Assembly (NCBI GenBank): GCA_964016885.1
Contig: OZ024749.1
Span: forward strand, 24,428,001 to 24,492,000
Direction of reading: 5' to 3'
Origin: Eledone cirrhosa
Taxonomy: Eukaryota
DNA length: 64,000 nucleotides
The notes below the pieces were generated by a model, which saw only the letters and a list, made by a program, of their open reading frames with translations, was not told the origin of the DNA and made no database searches. Of the stretch, positions 61,069 through 64,000 are shown piece by piece; positions within the stretch are counted from its first letter, which is position 1, and the number at the start of each line of letters is the position of its first letter. Both the position numbers and the translations under genes were made by a program.

Positions 61069-62635
61069 CATCATCATCATCATCATCATTTTATGTCCGC
61101 TTTACCCTGCTTGCAAGGGTTAGAGGGGTCCTACTCAGCACAGCATCTCTCCATTTGTCACGGTCCTTCGTCATCTCCTTGGTGAGTTTCAGCGATATGA
61201 GGCCTGCTCTCACCAACTCCGCCCATGTTTTCTGTGGTCTACCCCTACTGCGTCTTCCTTCTACTGGGATGTCTTGGCACTTCTTTACCCAGCGACCATC
61301 CTCCATACGCATCACATGTCCATACCATCTCAGCCTTCTCTCCTGCCCACCACAACTTATCCTTAATATACCCAGTTTCTTCAGTTTCTTTCTCAACTCG
61401 TCTCTGCTTGGTCGTTCACGCACACTGACATTGCACATCCAACGGAGCATACTTGCTTCATTTCTCTCCAGCCGTCGCATATCCTCTGCAGTTTCTGCCC
61501 ATGTTTAACTACCATGCAGTATCGCGCATCTCACACAGGCATCATATAACGTCCTTTCGTACGCAGGGAGAAACCCTTCTTTATCAACAAAGGAAGCAGC
61601 TCCCTAAATATCTTCCAACTCGTCCTTATTCTAGATACTATGGCCTCGGAACCCCTCCTCCCATGCTAATCTGATCACCTAGGCACCGGAAGCTATTAAC
61701 CACTTCTATAGAACCTAACTGCATTGGAAAAATGTGTCTATCACTGCTATTACTACTACCAACGTTCCTTCTACACCTACTGCATACGTAGTTTTCCCTA
61801 CCTGTTAGTTTGCCTGCTATCCCACTACATCTCTTAAGTAGCCAAGATCTCCATTGCATACATTTTATGGAATTTATGCCAGTTCCTTTCCTACATATCG
61901 AACATGGCCATTTCCCTGGTGGAATCGGTGTATTGTCCTCTCTTCTACTTATAAACACTTTTGTCTTAGTTATGTTCACTCTCAGTCCTCTTTATTCCAA
62001 CTGCTGTTTCCATAGCCAGAATTTATTCTCGAGCTCCTCTACTGATTCTGCAAAAGAACCAGATCATCAGCGTAGAGAAGTTCCCATGGGAATCCAGTTT
62101 TAAACTCCTCTGTTATGGCTTGGAGGACTGTAATGAACAAAAGAGGGCTGAGGACCAAACCCTGATGTACACCTACTTGTATCTGGAATTCCTCACTAAA
62201 CTCAATTCCTATTCTCACTTTACTGACAGCACGCCTGTACATAGCTTGCACTGTCCTCACAAGCCATTCCTCTACACATAATTTCCTTAGGGACTACCAG
62301 ATGACAGATCGCGGTCCCCTATCAAAGGCCTTATCTAGGTCAACAAAAGCTAAGTATAGTGGCTTATTCTTCTCTAAGAACCTCTCTTATAGTTGCCTCA
62401 CTAAGAAGAGAGCTACTGTTGTACTACTCCGAGGCACAAAACCAAACTGCATCCCATCTAATTTGACCCTTTCTCTAATCATTTGCGCTAATATTCTCTG
62501 TGCCACTTTCATAACATGATCCATCAGCTTTATGCCCCTATATTGCTCCTCTCTAGAGCAGTCACTTTACCGTTGTAACAATTTATGAGAATGCTGCTGC
62601 ACCAGTCTTTGGGTATAACACCACCATATATAACT
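61066..62635 (-). mobile_element. 5'-truncated RTE-clade LINE, decayed RT, (ATG)n tail
   Basis: FVDLDKAFD, GVHQG..LSPLLF, LLYADD, Cys-rich insert KWPCSIC, RLRWYGHVMR, RGRP..W. Confidence 0.9.
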
Positions 62636-62664
62636 TGATTGATGATGTGTGTGTGTGTGTGTGT

Positions 62665-62746
<82 letters not shown>

Positions 62747-63336
62747 AGATAGATAGATCGCTGGAAATATAGATAAACAGACAAACAGATACATAGATAG
62801 ATACATACATGCATAGATACTGATATATATAGAGAAACGTATGTGTGAATGTGTGTGTAGTTGGATGTGATAATTATACATATATGAAAAGTAGTTCGGT
62901 CTGTATAGACGGATGTGCCTATGTGTGTGTTTATACGCATATGAACATATTTTCAATACATACATTGTATGTATATATATTGTAATTCTATGCTTATGTA
63001 AATAAGTGTAAATGTATGCATGCCTAAAGTAGGAAAATATTTATGTGTCAATATTCCTAATGTATTTACTGCATTCACTGGTCCGAAATAATCCGTCTGC
63101 GTCGATTTTGGCAAAATATTAAAACTAAGCGAAACTTCGTGGGCGTACTGTGTATGATTTACTATGTATACACTACTTACGCAAACATGTCTACAGTCGA
63201 TATATTTCTCTCTGAAACATGTATATGCTCTATACACTACTCATTTAAACATGCTTGTATAGTATAAGATATGAGATACTTACTTTAACACTGAGACAAA
63301 CAGTCACACACACACACACACGCACACGCACACACT

Positions 63337-63787
63337 ATATTAATAAATGCAAACTATATTTATAAAACCATAATTATTTTATTATATATATTTCAAGGAC
63401 AACAAAGGCATTTTTGGTGCGCTTTCATCAGATAAAATACAAGATTTGTTTTATAAATATTGACATAACCGTGGAAAAAACAATCTTGACGGTTGAAAGT
63501 TCACTGGATAGTGACTATCAGTAAACTTTCAACCGTCAAGATTGTTTTTTCCACGGTTATGTTAATATTTATGAAACAAATCTTGTATTTTATCTGATTA
63601 AAGCGCACCAAAAATGCCTTCGTTGTCCTTGAAATATATATAATAAAATAATTATGGTTTTATAAAGATAGTTTCCATTTATTAATATATTGAATATTTA
63701 CTGCCGTAAATTGTTGAGTGCTTTATGACAGTTATAAACTTTTAAGCTTGTTGGAATCCCAACAAATTAAATATAACTTCTGCATGT
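63337..63787. mobile_element. Foldback pLTR pair related to the Naiad pLTR, with right tail; HHRs at 63375-63439 (-) and 63586-63650 (+, CUGAUUA mutant)
   Basis: Inverted arms 63337-63688; UAUUUUAU CUGAUGA..GAA AUAUAUAU A AUAAAAUA. Confidence 0.85.
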
Positions 63788-63788
63788 A

Positions 63789-63821
<33 letters not shown>

Positions 63822-63836
63822 CCCCCCCCCCCCCTC

Positions 63837-63907
<71 letters not shown>

Positions 63908-64000
63908 GAGGAATTCCAACTTTGTCTGATTTAGTCGTTTTATTTACAATCCTTTAAAATTTATAATGGTATTATAATGAAATAGTATGATAGAATATTA

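Overview
AT-rich, microsatellite-dense animal DNA; I could not identify any host-gene exon. The two tRNA-derived SINE families (Nin-domain-like and CORE-like) point to a mollusc, probably an octopod cephalopod (inference). Most predicted ORFs are translations of (TA)n, (CA)n, (GAT)n and minisatellites. The real content is mobile elements, many sitting in (TA)n tracts. These are a Naiad-like Penelope element (RT + GIY-YIG) in an 8.4-kb partial-tandem/inverted array, four rearranged copies of a second (Nematis-like) Penelope family, a decayed Gypsy with anomalous non-identical termini, an RTE LINE fragment, a non-autonomous Helitron and SINEs. The main hidden signal, found by eye, is about 35 type I hammerhead ribozyme (HHR) motifs from more than a dozen sequence families. 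Many lie in head-to-head foldback insertions that share one asymmetric layout: two inverted pseudo-LTR arms, only one carrying a 3' tail. Several families have non-canonical cores (U3-A8 covariant UUGANAA, CAGAAGA, U-U at the stem II base). One non-coding locus (9168-10237) looks like a retrozyme with a 591-nt monomer. Coordinates are hand-counted and may be off by a few bases.
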